A stretch of DNA of 62,520 nucleotides, the filler included. It is 14 parts of 14 records of this genome, joined end to end, with 100 filler letters (N's around TTAATTAATTAA, not from the genome) between each part and the next. Parts side by side here need not be neighbours in the genome. Positions count along the whole stretch, not along the records: positions 32,241 to 38,399 come from SRR15195285_7126; positions 38,500 to 41,687 come from SRR15195285_7127; positions 41,788 to 45,398 come from SRR15195285_7131; positions 45,499 to 48,920 come from SRR15195285_7148; 10 more parts are not named here. One strand, given 5' to 3'. The notes under the pieces were generated by a model, which had not been told where the DNA came from, did no database searches, and saw nothing but the letters and a program-made list of their open reading frames with translations. The first letter of the stretch is position 1. The number at the start of each line of letters is the position of its first letter. Both the position numbers and the translations under genes were made by a program. Of the stretch, positions 35,717 to 48,920 are shown one piece after another.

Positions 35717-38073
35717 TTAATTCCACACAGAGTGCCACGTCGCAAAGCTTGAATCTTTGATAATCGCTGAACCTTTGTCATTCGCACCTGGTGTCGAGAG
35801 CATCACTTGCGTACCTGCCGGGCAAGATCTTGTCAGGACTATGGCGACAGTATCCGAGCAAAAGAAGACGATGTCCAGGGCTGGGCACACCAATCAGCAA
35901 ATAGGCGTCCTCGTTGAGGTAGAATGCTCCCTGATTTGCGGCGTAGCCGCCCCAGTTTGACATGTCTAGGTGGTCTTTCGGCTGGTACCTGCAGGCGTAG
36001 CACCATAATGCGATTCCAGACCCAGATGAAAGGGCAATACGCAACAGTACAAGCGATGCAAATTTTCAGTGAAGCACCGAAGCGTCGCGCTGTGCCTAAC
36101 GGTTCTGGCCTACTTGTAGATCGTCTTCATCCTGATGAATTATACTATTCGAATAGTACAACTTACTCAACTACCTCATCGGCACCAACTGGATGCGACG
36201 TCGCCCAGCCGAAGTTGAAGGAGCGAGGGAGCGAGTCGAGGCTGTGCCTCCCTGCCATGCCGAAGGCGTGTGCCATGCCTACGTCAAGCTTCAGCCCAGA
36301 AAGCCGTCCTTTGCACAGCATCTGTACACCTAGCGGCGAGAGCACGCGCTCTCCTGTTGCTGGACCGACGCCATTGTTGAGCAGCATTTCATAGAACTTC
36401 GCGTAATCTGCCAGAGGCATTATTGTCCCTACGACCGTTCCATAGATGGTGACTCAAAACTCGTTCTCGAAGGCAGGACGATTGAGTTTGAGCACACCTG
36501 TGTCGCCCGAATCGTATTTTCGCGGACCATGTGCGTGCGCCGTGTTATTGAGGACCGCAGGTGCTCCGTCAGGTGCTGGCAAGCACTCGGCCTCTGGCAG
36601 TATAGGTGTGCGTCCGTCCTCTGCGGCGCAAAATCGCGGACAACGCAGCGTCTCGCATCACCCGCGATGATAGTGGAGCAAACAATAAAAGAGCGCACCG
36701 AGCTTTGGGGCGCCATAGAGCGTAGGGATGCGCGCGACGCGGGGATCGCCGTCAGGAAGAAAGAACGCAGCTTCACCCATCCCGCATGGCTCAAACAGCA
36801 ACTGCTTCATGATCTCAGAGAAGCGCAGGAATGATCCGGTTTTCTTCTGCCAGACTACTTCAATCACTCGGCCCAGAACTGTATTCCCCAGACCGTACCT
36901 ACAAACCACAACACAGCCATTCAGAGGTTGGGAAGGATACAGAGACTAGTGACATCACAGAGAAATCTCGCTCCTTGGGCGCTGCACAGAGAAGACCAGC
37001 GATTGAAACTTACGAGAACTCCCCCGGTTCACATACCAGCACGCCTGTTCCGTCAGAATAAGAATCATCTTCATGATTGGATTGGCCTGACAATCGGCGT
37101 GCACAAGCAAACGTTTCGGCCGAAACAACTATTCAAATGGTTTTTGCGAAATACCAGCCTCCGCGATGACATCACAGAATTCGGCCAGTGAGCAGTCGGC
37201 ACCAAGAATGTTGGTCGATCGATAAACATCAGGGTTAATGCTCTGGCGCAGAGCAGATGCGATGGCACCTGCGGTGCATGCACTTGCAGTTAGTTTGTTG
37301 TGTTTGATTCGACAGGCCACGGAGATAATTATAGCTCAGGCCAGGTGTGAAATGTCTTTGGAGCTATACCACCCATTCCGCAGCCAAGTGCTCCGCCGCT
37401 CCGCTCGTCATATTCGGAGAACTGGTCGTACTCGATCCCAGAGGTCTCGGACATCAGGTGCTTGATTCGCATGGTCTCTTTGGCCGGGATGGTTGTGTAA
37501 TGCAGCGTCTGCGACTCGCCCTTGACGAACGCATAATAATCAATGCTCTGCGTGGCGGCCGGGTCAATCTGCAGCGTGCGCACATCGTCCAACGGCACCA
37601 CAACGCTCCATTTGCGCTGAAAGGAAGGCACGTAGTCACCAACCGGATCCTCCAGCTTGAATAGGCCTTCCTCGTAAAGACGCAGCGCCACGGCATTGGT
37701 CAGGACCTTCGTCATCGACCACATCCGAAACATGGCATCGCTCTCCATGCGCCGCCCACTAGCCACGTCTGCAAGCCCAAATGCCTTGCTGTACCTGCTC
37801 CAGATGTGAGCAACAACCCCGAGCAGCCGTCACAGCAGCACAGAGCCCAAATGCAAAACTGACCACTACACGTTCAAGAGCAAATCAATCATGGAGCGTC
37901 GACGGGGGTTCTATGATTCGATACGCGTACGTGTCTTTGCCACGCCGCGCCAGGACGACCACCCCCGGCACCTTGAACGACTCGTCTGAGACCATTGCTT
38001 CGAAATGGGCGTCGAGCGTTGCCTCAAACCCCGGAGCTAGCCCTTTCTCTTTGACACTCTGGGCGGCTGCCAT
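35717..38073 (-). CDS. Beta-lactamase-fold serine hydrolase (family VIII esterase / class C-like)
   Basis: Motifs VPGVVVL, FRMWSMTK (SxxK), LEDPVGDYVP, IKHLMSETSG, EPGEFS|YGLGNTVLGRVIEV, DYAKFYEMLLN and NWGG. Multiple introns; the last exon ends WHSVWN-stop. Confidence 0.88.
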
Positions 38074-38499
38074 TGGGAGTCAGCTGGCGACGTCCACGCC
38101 GGTCCAGCTGGGGTCGCTCGCGTCGTCACCAGCGCGCCGGCACTCCGCCGGCGCGCCCGGCGGCGCGCCGGATCCGCGCCGGCGCGCCGCCGCCGGCACA
38201 CCGCGACACGCGCGCCTGCATGTCAGAGCCTGACCTAGACCATAATATCGGATCGTGCCGGTCACAGAATCGATTCTCGTTGTCCCGACGTAAACCAACA
38301 CCGATGGACGGAACCGTCTCGCGCTCCGCTTTCTATCTATGTACGGCACGAAATATTTTGACGAAAAATTTTCTTGGGAAGTCTCAGAACATGGGAAACN
38401 NNNNNNNNNNNNNNNNNNNNNNNNNNNNNNNNNNNNNNNNNNNTTAATTAATTAANNNNNNNNNNNNNNNNNNNNNNNNNNNNNNNNNNNNNNNNNNNN

Positions 38500-38526
38500 C
38501 TCTCTCTCTCTCTCTCTCTCTCTCTC
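38500..38526. repeat. (CT)n microsatellite at the contig edge
   Basis: Direct reading of the sequence. Confidence 0.9.
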
Positions 38527-38579
38527 CTGCTGTTGCCATTCACTCTGTTTACGTTGAAATGTTTATGTGAACCCGAAGT

Positions 38580-39263
38580 GAAGGCTTACAAAGTTGGTTT
38601 GGCAGGTGTGGGCGGATGGAATATGAAGCCAGGCAGTGGTGGTGTTCCGCCAACCCCCGCCGGCGCAAAGCTGGGGATCTGCGGGACGATGATGGACACA
38701 TTCGAACACATGTGCATTCCAAACGACGGATTAGCCCGCTATCCGACAAATTCAACTGCAGTATGCTGTGAACGATGTCTTGCAACCCGTGGTTGCTTTA
38801 GCTGTGAGTGATTTCGTTTCTCATAACTGCTTTAGGTGTTGGGTCGCTAGTCAGTGCTGCCAAGCTTTGTTGTATGCCTAAGCTGTGTACTGTTGTAGGG
38901 GTGTTACGCCACGATGAGGAAGTATGCTACCTGAACACTAACGACGTGCAGCAGGGACAGGCAATTCCTCCGCACTGGCCTAGCTCTGAAGGTCCGTGCA
39001 CTTATGCATCCGTCTCTGCACAAGGTGCAATCGGAAACAAATCACTCAGCCTCTACAACGTTGAGAGTGATGAGCAAGAACGACACAACCTCACGGACAC
39101 CGAACCATCGATAGTTGCCAGAATGCAGTCTCTCCTGCACCAGTACACAGTGACGGGCGTACCACAATGTACTGACAAACTTTGTGGTGACCCGAACTGT
39201 CCCAACCCCGCAGTCAAGAAGGACCCAGAGCACGGTTGGTACTGGGAGCCCTGGTGTACCTGA
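38580..39263 (+). CDS. 3' end of a probable arylsulfatase (ARSB-like) with an inserted PAN/Apple-like module
   Basis: The sulfatase-like tail is LYNVESDEQERHNL..EPSIVARMQ..WEPW. The Apple-like motif CCERCLATRGCFSW..CYL spans intron 38804-38898. The catalytic motif lies outside the contig. Confidence 0.6.
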
Positions 39264-39963
39264 TCCTTACACCCTGTGGTTTATGCATTGGACCTCGAGA
39301 TAGTGTTGTATCGAGTGCAGAAGCAATGCATTCATCTAATCGCACAGTCTATTGATTGCACTTTGCTAGTTCAAAGTGTTGCTCACGGCTGCCAACACTA
39401 ACAGTCTCGCTCCATCGCCATTGCCCTCCTTCTCCACCTGTGTAGATCGCGCACCCGCTGGAGATGGCACTAGAGTTGGGCCTGAGAGTGCCTCTGGATC
39501 CTCACGAAGGTGGTTCTCCCTCCGTTCATACACTCAAGCTGAAACAACGATGATGTGTGCGGCGTTTGTGTGTGTGCGCGGGATGTTGTATGTGTGCCGG
39601 TGTGTGTCTTCTATTTGGCGGGCAACATGAATGTAGGTATGGAGAACAGGCGTCTTCCTGGAAATGCCCAGGCTTGGAGGAGTGCACGGTTACTCTTTCA
39701 ACGCCTCGGAGTTGGAAATCGTAAAGACCGTTGCATTTTAGCACGGCAGGGTGGTTGGGCTGATAGTAGATAATTACTCGAAGGGTGTGTTTCAAAGATA
39801 TGCAATCACATGCGACACTCATGAGCAGTACGAGCAATCTGCGACACCGTGCGGCTCAAGTTTGAACTGGCTTTGAACACTGTCGCTTCGAGCCTCGATT
39901 GCGTCACTGTCTCATTGCATCAAATGCCTCGCAAGAGAGTCGTTGGTTCGGTCAGTGGGTCAA

Positions 39964-41687
39964 TCACTCACTGGAGATCTCATAGCCGGCGCGCTTTCGC
40001 AATGAGCATCCGTCGTCCAAAGGCAACAGATCATCGAGCCTGCCGAGGTTGTCATTCTGCCCGTGATCATCTTGTGGTTCATTGTTAGTGGGATCGGGAA
40101 CAGCGGTCTGCTCGGATGCTGTAGTGGGGAAGTTGGAGTGGAGCTGGCTGGGTACCAGATAGACGCCAACACGAGATGCCGCATCAATGATGGCTACGTT
40201 AAACTCTGCACGGATCTCATGATGATTTCTTCCTGGTTTTGGGTAGAATACGACCTCGAGGTTAAGACCATTGGAGGCGCCAGCTTTCACCACTGCCTTA
40301 GTGTAACCTGACCGAACAGCACCATAATGGGCAACAACATTCAGTCGTAATCATTAAAGGACGGATGGATACTTAATCGTAGATGTACCTTGATGGTTGA
40401 TACCAGGGTGAGCTTTGATCCACTTTCGAGCAAACGCGGCGAGCTGAGCCATCTTTTCTCCAGCACGGTGCACCTGGCTCGATGCGGCGAAGTTCCAATA
40501 GCACATCTTTGTGGGCCTACGCGTCCAGTTGTAGATTGCAAGTGTTGAAAACTCTGGGTGAGGGATGTACACCTGTTTTCTCTTGAAATCCCGAATTACC
40601 ACATGCGTCCATGTAATAGCTTCGACAAAACCCACCAAGGATGCAGCCGGCGAGTCTGCTGGTGCTGCGCCAGGTGGTGCAAGAGAAATCTGCGACGAGG
40701 AAGCGAGGACTAAACCTTAAAGGTTTGCGTTTAGACCATACCGGTACACAGAAACAATCAGTAGAGATTGTACGCACGATTTCACCGACATAGAACGGGT
40801 TCGAAATCGACAAAGGTATGAGGGCTGAGGTGGCCTTTGCCGTGTTTGAGATTGCGAAGAGACCAGATGCAAGCATGGACATGCCGAGGACCACGAGATT
40901 CGTGGAAATGTCCACCCCGACGAAGGACATCGTCAACAACATCGTTCCGACAAGCTTTCCAAAGAATGCTGCGCACGATGCAATCTCCGCTAGCACACGC
41001 GAGGCGCACTTGTGACTGCCTCGTGCACCAAAGGAGAAGACGGCATCCTTGTCCCGATTCCCATGACGAGCGAATCTATGACTGATCGCTTGTGCCTTTT
41101 GAAGAGGTTTAGACTCGCGGATCAGCATCTCTGTATCGTCAGCATGTTTGAGTGCTAATGCAACGACCATGTCAAGCGCGGCATTCCAGATTGCGAGCAG
41201 TAGAAGTGCAAGAATTTTGCGGAAGGTATCGTTGACCCTGATCAAAATAGAATCACGCACACACCGTTGCACCCACACCGTGGCGCATGGAGTGATGTCA
41301 AGTCAAGTAGTTTACGATTGGTTCTCTACGTGCATCCGACTTACATAGGGCGCAACTCTTCCACCACGACGACTTCTGCCGCAGCTCGCGTGTGCTCTAG
41401 CACCACCAAAGACAAAAGCAACCATGTGTGCGTGCCGACGTGCATCCGTTCGGCGCACGATTTGTGGGTCGTCTGAACGGTGCTCAAGGAGTGATGTACC
41501 GAGTCCACCCTGCGTCCCCAAAGTTGACATCACTGTGCAGTCAGTCGGCTTTGAAGTGCTCTGCCACAACGATGTGGAAACGGTCGAGAGTGCGCACGCC
41601 CAGTGTAGCCCAACGAAGCACGGCACAGATCGACACAGCATCCATGCACTACTTTTCGCAGCAAGCCCACTTGCGCCGTCCCAGTCC
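39964..41687 (-). CDS. Small-conductance mechanosensitive channel (MscS family), 5' truncated
   Basis: TM helices are followed by SNPFYVGEIV and GFVEAITWTHVVIRDFKRKQVYIPHPEFSTLAIYNWTR, matching the MscS beta-domain pattern. Spliced. Confidence 0.82.
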
Positions 41688-41787
41688 NNNNNNNNNNNNN
41701 NNNNNNNNNNNNNNNNNNNNNNNNNNNNNNNTTAATTAATTAANNNNNNNNNNNNNNNNNNNNNNNNNNNNNNNNNNNNNNNNNNNN

Positions 41788-42820
41788 CGAAGCAGCTGAC
41801 TTCGCTTGGGTGCGCACAGCAATGGGCGTAGAAGGCTATATCAAACGCGAATACCTTACGCTCTTGGCAAGCACTCCGCATGCTGCAAGTGATGCAGTGG
41901 TACCACCATTAGTGTCGTCAACTGGGGTGGAAGCGAAGTTCCACAGTGGTGTTGCGCAAGCGGCTATGGAGATGGGTGCTGGTGGACCCAGGACGGTGGA
42001 GGGGATACTCGACGGCGTCGAGGTTCAGATTGGAGGAAGCGGAACTCAGATTCACATCGGTGTTGTGACAATGATGGGCAGTTTCTGTCCAGTCACGCTC
42101 GGGCACATTCAGTGCTTTGTTGAAGCGCGCAAGCTGCTGCTCGCAGGCACATCACCGGCCGGGCAGCATCACATCGTAGTCGGCTATCTCAGGCTCAATG
42201 GTGACAGCCATTTGCAGCACAAATTCTCAGGATCTGGCGACGTGCCGCTTGCATACTCGGATCGCAAGATGCTCATCAATCTGGCCACACAGGATATGCC
42301 GTGGCTGGAGACAAGCGACTATTCCAGCAGACACGACGTGGAGGCTCTGCGTAGGCGTTACGGTCACTGGGCTGTGTTCCACCATTTCGAGATGAATGGC
42401 GCAGACGATGTTTGCAAGTGCGTATCTTTCCTGCTATGGCTCTCATAGAGCTGACACCATTGGAAGTGATGCGATCCTAGCGATAGATTTTACACACTTG
42501 TGCAAGTTCCAAAGTTCGACTGAGAGTTTGTTTGCTGTTGGTGCCAATGCAGGTACCGGAAGTGGCATCACGCTTCGCCGGCCAACCGCATGATCACCAT
42601 GGGCCGCCCAGGCTCCACGGGTTCACTGGTCCAAGGAATCCAGTCTTCTGGAATGCCTGCATGTGGAACCAAAAACTTCGTACTAGGTCCGGAGTTGCCC
42701 GACCTTTCAAGCACAGCAGCTCGGGCCGCGAGTAAGAGTGGTGATCGCGCTGCGTTGCTACAGCTACTGCACCCAGAGGTGGCGGACTGGATGCTTACAC
42801 GTGATCATGGGCCTGCCTAA
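41788..42820 (+). CDS. SH3-like domain fused to a cytidylyltransferase-superfamily (NMNAT/NadD-like) domain, 5' truncated
   Basis: FAWVRTAMGVEGYIKREYL; MGSFCPVTLGH (TxGH); NGADDVCKY; PDLSSTAAR..LLHPEVADW. Intron 42418-42552. Confidence 0.78.
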
Positions 42821-43476
42821 TCTTAGTTTGCTGCCCATCCCCGGACGGGACAGTGCCAGAGGTCGCCTTCCTATCACTGTCGTCGCCCCCGCGACACACA
42901 CCAACGCGCTATGTCAGGACGAGAACGTAAATGAACAGCAGGAGTGCTGACACTTCGATTGCACTGTGATCCGGCAGTGCACAAACATGACGCCTTCGTT
43001 GTGACACCGGGCATAAAGGCTCCTTTATGCCAAGTGTCACACTCAGCAAAGGTCGGTCGGCCCATTAGGCGTAATCCCAGTAATTCCATAGCCCGGCGTA
43101 GATGCTAGCGGCGCCACCCCTGCGCTGCTGTGGTCACAGGTCTCAGGGTCCCAGCGAGCGAAACTGACTCCGGGAGCAGTCCGGTGCAAACTCAGACTTG
43201 CTGGAATTCCACTCCCAAATGCGGTCGAGTTTATACGCAGATTCGCTGCACTGCACACTCAACGTAAAGTGTCCATCTCACACATGCCACAATAAATTAT
43301 TGAATGACCAGAACTGCACAGCACTGGAGTTTCGCGGTCCGGTGCACAACTCGCCACATGTGTGCGGAATCCACGCGACCCGCCAGGCGAAAACATTGGG
43401 ATAGGCTGGGAATCTGACTGATTTTGAGATCGACTGCTGCTGAGGTCTCAGGTCGGAGAGGGTGCGAGAGCTAATA

Positions 43477-43534
43477 CGCTTTGTGACGGTTGGTGCAAAA
43501 TGTGAAAGCGTCTTGCGCCAACCGTCACAAAGCG
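43477..43534. repeat. Inverted repeat / hairpin with 22-bp arms
   Basis: CGCTTTGTGACGGTTGGTGCAA (43477-43498) pairs with TTGCGCCAACCGTCACAAAGCG (43513-43534) with one G-U pair. Confidence 0.9.
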
Positions 43535-43863
43535 AATAGGGCTACACTGACTTATCTACACGCATTCGGCGGTCTAGTAGATATGTACCACCTGTGAAGC
43601 CTTTCCTATCTCGAAATGGTAACTTGCCACGTGGGTATTTCTACCTACAATCGCGTTGCACAGTGCGCATGGAAGGGTGGCTGAAATTTCTGTCAACTTT
43701 CTGTCAATTCAAACGACGCAGAGGTCAACGTTCTTAACGACTCGATTTTTGCGGTGGGTGGGGAATCACTTCCTTGCTTGAATGATGATCACGGTATGTT
43801 GTTGCACAGTCGGCGGAAGCACCTGCGCGTCGGCTCGTCGACCCCTTGGCCATCAAGCAGATC

Positions 43864-45271
43864 TCATGGAGAAAGCAAGGGGAGACTTAATTGCGCTGCG
43901 GCGTATGCCATCGCGATGTTTGCCTGAACCTTGTTGTCCAAACCTTCCGACGCGTATCCACTTGCAATAATTCCCTCCACAAACACTCCTACCGATCGGT
44001 GCGAATTGTCGCCGCCAACGCCGAGTATGATTCCGCCTAAAATATGGCAAGCGCATGCGTACGCACACAACTAGACTACGTGAATAGCAGAGATGGTCCA
44101 ACACAAACAGGCTCACCCTGTTTCTTCATTGGCGAGTAACCTGACGGTCGCGGACCGTCGTACATTGAGTGGAGGCCTCCTGCTTGCGCGTCACCACCTT
44201 TGATTGCCATGTGGTTCGGCTCGCCTTTCAGCATCGCTGTGACCAAATCTGCGTCGACTGGATTGTTTTTGACGTTGAGACTAGAATTCCCAGGCCATGT
44301 TCCAGCCTCCAAATCAGCCATGATCTACACACAGCAAGCGCAGGGTTAGGTATAGGTTCGGGCCGTGCTTGGCCATTCTGCAACCACACATTCGTGACCA
44401 GTGTGTGAAGGACCGGTACCCATGGGCCAGTGGTGCCATTTCCTTTGCCCCCGTGGCCATCCCATACCAGCGAGCTGAACTGCACAGCCTCCATCGCGCC
44501 AGCTCCTTGTGGCAATAGCTCTAGCTCCGAGTTGCCGTCTGCATGCACGTCAAGTGTTCATTTTGTTGGGATTATGCAACCTGGTATTAGACTTCTACCG
44601 AGAGCCACAGACAAGAACAGGCAGGCCTTGCAATGGAAACGCCTACAGTCAAAGCAGCACTGATTGTTGTAGAACCGGCCAGAGGTCACCATGTAGATCG
44701 ACTCCGGATCGTCCCCAAGCGGCATGCCCGATGAGTTGGACCCGTTGAAATGATAGCCCATGCCACCAGTGAAGTAGGCAGCGTATGTATGATTGTTGCC
44801 GACAGTCAACTTTGCTTTGGTTGCGTCCACGCCAATGTCGCACATGGCAGGCGGCGGCAAGCGCTCGCAGCCAGGGCAGTCACTATAGTTTCCCACATCG
44901 CTGCAGTTGTTCCGCGGGGGCAGTGGCTGGCCGACGTCCAGGTGGTTACCCCGTGGAGATTGGTCAAAAATTCGCTGTACCCTGCAAGTTGATGCTGCAC
45001 AGAACGCATCCTGCGAAGCGCCATCGGCCAGACCACCGCGCGCAGCGGCATGGATCTCTTTGGTGGCCCCGTCGGAAGAGCGCCTAACAAGATACAGTGC
45101 GCCGCTGAAGTTCCTGTACAGGCTGCGGACGGTGGAGTGGGCAGCCACGCACGGCACGCCCCCGGTACCATAGATGTCGCACGGGCCTTCCGCTGCGAGT
45201 GCGAGTGCGTTGTCAGTAGGTACGACAACAAAGCCGCCGAATGCGACGAGGACAGTGCGCATCATCGTCAT
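43864..45271 (-). CDS. Secreted GH54 alpha-L-arabinofuranosidase B-like protein, catalytic domain only
   Basis: Signal peptide; motifs GPCDIY..CVAAHSTVRSLY, IFDQSPRGNHL, CCFDYGNSE, GAMEA, GPWVMADLE, PMKKQGGIILGVGGDNS and VQANI. Three introns. Confidence 0.93.
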
Positions 45272-45577
45272 AATTGCTGCTGGTGTAGCCAGGGAGGGAT
45301 GTTCACCCCGCGCAGTGCACGGCGCACGCCGCGCGGACGCGTGACGACGACGACGCGACCGCAACACCTGCCAGCGGTGTCGATGAGACTGCAGCAGTNN
45401 NNNNNNNNNNNNNNNNNNNNNNNNNNNNNNNNNNNNNNNNNNTTAATTAATTAANNNNNNNNNNNNNNNNNNNNNNNNNNNNNNNNNNNNNNNNNNNNTT
45501 TAAACAACCTTTGGATTTCCAACTCGACAAGGCAAACCATTTGGACAGAGCTGCCAGACGACCAACGACGGCGCCAA

Positions 45578-48500
45578 TTACAGCTCAGTCTTGCCCCTTT
45601 TCTTTCTCGACTTCTTCTTGGGAGAGAGCTCTTCCTTGCACCAAGACTCCAGGTACGGCGATGTCTCCTGGTAACCCGTCCTCGAGTCGCAAAACTTGCG
45701 CGTAAAGTCCCTGCAGTGTGACAACGTGTCAGCACACATGCTTTCAGACAATCTCGATCAATATATGAGCGCAGTTCGTGTAGAGTTGGTGACCAATGGG
45801 GAGCTCACCTGCCGCCAAGGAGCTTGCGAAATTCCCAGTATTTCCAGCGGTCTTTGCCCCAGGCCTTGACCCTGCCCAGGACCACTTCCAGTTCCGTGCG
45901 GTTTTTCGCCTCGACAGCTGCAATTGCATCTTTGCGGATGCTGAGCCTGGCCGCAACTAACTGCGGAGATGGCATGAACATGCAAAGATTGTCGTTGCGC
46001 GGTTTCTCGATATCACAGTGGCGGATGAAATCCGGCAATGAAAACGTATCATGGTAGTTGAACACCATTGCCAGCGCATACGGTGCCTTTGGTTGGTACA
46101 TCGGATCAGGCGAAGCAGTTGCGTCCGTGCTGAGCTCTGGCGATGGCGAGATCTCGCCAGGCTCATTCACCAGGCAGTGCACCCAGAGGGGCGGAATCCA
46201 CAGGATTTCACCGGCTGCGGCACAGTCCAAACGGCGGCAGGATAAGAATGTCGGGCAGGCACATCACATTCAGACCGCGCAAGTCAACCAGCTGGCACAA
46301 TCCACCGACGTAGCAACGTGCTACGGGAAAATGTTGAGAAGCAATGGGAATATCAGGAGTATATGCGCACGTTTGACAGTAGCCTCATACATTGTCGCTC
46401 CTCTGGCGTTGGGAAATGCCTCGTAGTCTGGGTCGAACGGATCGAAGCGAAAGGTTGTGAAAGACCCTTGATCTTGCATACCAAAAGGATAAAGCAGGTG
46501 AGCGTCTTCCGCCGAGTACATTATCACTCGCTTGTTGCCGACCAGCATCGCGAGCCAAAAGGGTGTCGCTTTGCGATCCTGATGACAAGCGCTTCCTGTA
46601 CCAGCACCTCCCAACATCATTGTGGGCCAGACAATCATTGAGTCGCCGCCAATGATCGGCACGCCCTGAGTCAGTAACTCATCTGCAAAGTATTTGGGTA
46701 CCCTGATGTCCGGGAGAATGGCGGGGCACTCATCATGCAACGAGAGATCCCACAAGTACGGGCTTCGGGTCGACAGGCCAGTTCGATTGGCATCATCACG
46801 CACTGCCATGCGTCCTGCAGCTCCCCGCGTGCCCTTCGCCAGCATCGACTCGTCAACGATGTAGTCCGACATATATTCAGCCATACCCATCCGTTTGGAC
46901 TGCGCAAGACCAGCAAACTCAAGCGACGCTTCTGGCTGAAAATACGTCATGGTTGCTGCGGCATTCGGGCAGGTGTGGGCAAATCGACCCTCTGCACGCC
47001 AACCTTTTGCCGGCCAATGATCTACCTCACCAGTGATGACCACAGCCATTTGAGGAATCGCACACTTTTCCACGAATTCGGCCATGGACGGCGAGTCAAG
47101 CACCGGAATGGGCAGAGCACCAGGCGAAAGCCCAGAGTCACCAGCATCGGTGGATGCATCAGCGGATATCTTTGGTTGCCCGGCAGATTCTAGGGCCTCA
47201 CGCGAAGTCGCGATGTCCTCCAGGCGGAGCTCCCATGACTCAACAATTGTACGCCGCGACCAAAATTTGAGGGCGCGTTCCAGCACTTCAGCCGCAGCTT
47301 CTAATTCGCCGACCATAATGAGCACCTCGCACGTCTTGCCCCAGACTGCAGGCGGCCACGACCAACTCGTCTTAGTACGTGATTGGTACAATAGGCTCGT
47401 CGCCACCAGCTCCAAGGACTCAGCGTCTGCGGCGTCTCCCGATAGCAGCAGTACACGAAGCAGTGACAGCGTCCAATCTTCGTTGCGCACCGACAAGAGC
47501 TCTGGCATATTACCGGAAATAGTATTATCCTGGTCTTCAACTGTCTGTGCCGGCTCTGACGATCCACTGTTGGACACATCCCTCAGGGCGCGTTCGAACT
47601 TGTGGAGGCACGCTGACCATTCCGCCTGAACGTGGCCCACTGGCGCAGCTAAGTACATGAAGCGAGTCCACATCATGCGCATCGCGTCAGGATCGAGAGC
47701 GCCAGGCTCCGCCAATGCCACAATATCTGCATCGCCCGAATTGCAAGCACCTATAAGCCTGAACAAGATGTTCTCGACCTCCAGCCTGATAGCCTGTTCC
47801 TCTGGCGGGTACTCCTCAACGTCCACCGACTTGCTTTTCGCATACCACTTATTTTCTTCTGGGTGCATCCATTGGACCAAACCAGGCAGCCAGTCACTGT
47901 GAGTCGATGGGGTCCAGACACCAGCAAAGGTTGTAAGTGCTTTTGAAGTGTCAATCGGAGAGCCGATCGGGGTTTTCGGAAACGGGGCATCTCGATCCTC
48001 TCGCCAAACAAGCTTGGTCTTCAACCCAATTGCGCTCTTGAGGTCAGCCACGAAGTCGTCGAGAGTAGTAGAAGCCTGCATAGCCACGTTGAACGCCTGG
48101 CCGACCACAGAAGCTGCTGTGCTACTCTTGCCCTCACCGTGCGCGAGCTTTGCAATCGCCAGGATTGCCTCCGATACGTCTGAGATGTGGGCCAGTGAAA
48201 ATGGCGACGACCTTCCTCCTGGGCGACGTCCTGGGAACGCGAGAGACCTCCCGGCCTGCGTCTGCAGTAATCCTTGCAACCAAGGAATGAGGCTTCGGCT
48301 CGGTTCCATTTCTCCAAGCACGTCAGGGACACGCACCACCGTAAAATCCACGCCGCCCGCGCCGGCCCAGAGCGGCGCCTCAAGCGCGCGCCACTGCTCG
48401 CTGCTGTCGTTCTCACAGCCCACATCCACCCCAGCGCTCTCTGAGAGGCCCGCTGCGCTTGATGTGCAGCTGCCGTACACAGCAGCGGAAGATACGAGTA

Positions 48501-48920
48501 CGTAGTGTGAGACGTAGTCTGCGTACTGCGTCACGAGCGGCTCGGCGCCAGCTGGGGGCTCTTGCCACGACAGATCGACGACCATGTCCCACGACCTGGA
48601 AGTCAGTATCTCACTGAAACATGGCAGGGTCCGGTTGCAGCGCAGCACCGTCACGCCGTCATTATGGAGCTCCACGTTCGGCGTGTAGGCGGGCAGCACC
48701 CCGTGCCCGTTGTAGACCTCCCAGGGCGCGACCAGCCGCTCGCGATCGAAAGCGTCCAGCAGGTAGACCGAGCTGAAGATCTCCGACTGCACGAGCTCAT
48801 GCGCCGTCGCCTTCCCCAGGAAATCATGGCTCCCGATCACGAGACACGCGGGCGTCTCCCCGCTCTGTTCACCAGCCCCGTCGTGCAGCTGCAGCAGCAG
48901 CAGGAGCAGCAGGAGCAGCA
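45578..48920 (-). CDS. Fusion of a degenerate NAD-epimerase/SDR-like domain and a JmjC oxygenase, with a signal-like N-terminus and C-terminal KTEL (5' truncated)
   Basis: Poly-Leu at the contig edge; LVIGSHDFLG..VSSAAVYG..FTVVRVPDVLG..GQAFNV; JmjC GTGSACHQD..GNKR..VKPGEILWIPPLWVH. Introns 46370-46215 and 45808-45711. The product ends KKRGKTEL-stop. Confidence 0.8.

Noticed and set aside
35717-38073. Antibiotic-resistance beta-lactamase
   Set aside because: The motifs fit the broad family VIII esterase / serine hydrolase group common in eukaryotes. Nothing indicates beta-lactam specificity.
32241-38399. Bacterial contamination, given the bacterial-type enzymes
   Set aside because: Both genes are interrupted by GT-AG introns of the same style as the rest of the window.
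42850-43420. Short Cys-containing ORFs downstream of GH54 as a CBM42 or separate gene
   Set aside because: GH54 stops at 43864, and these frames have stops and no recognisable motif.
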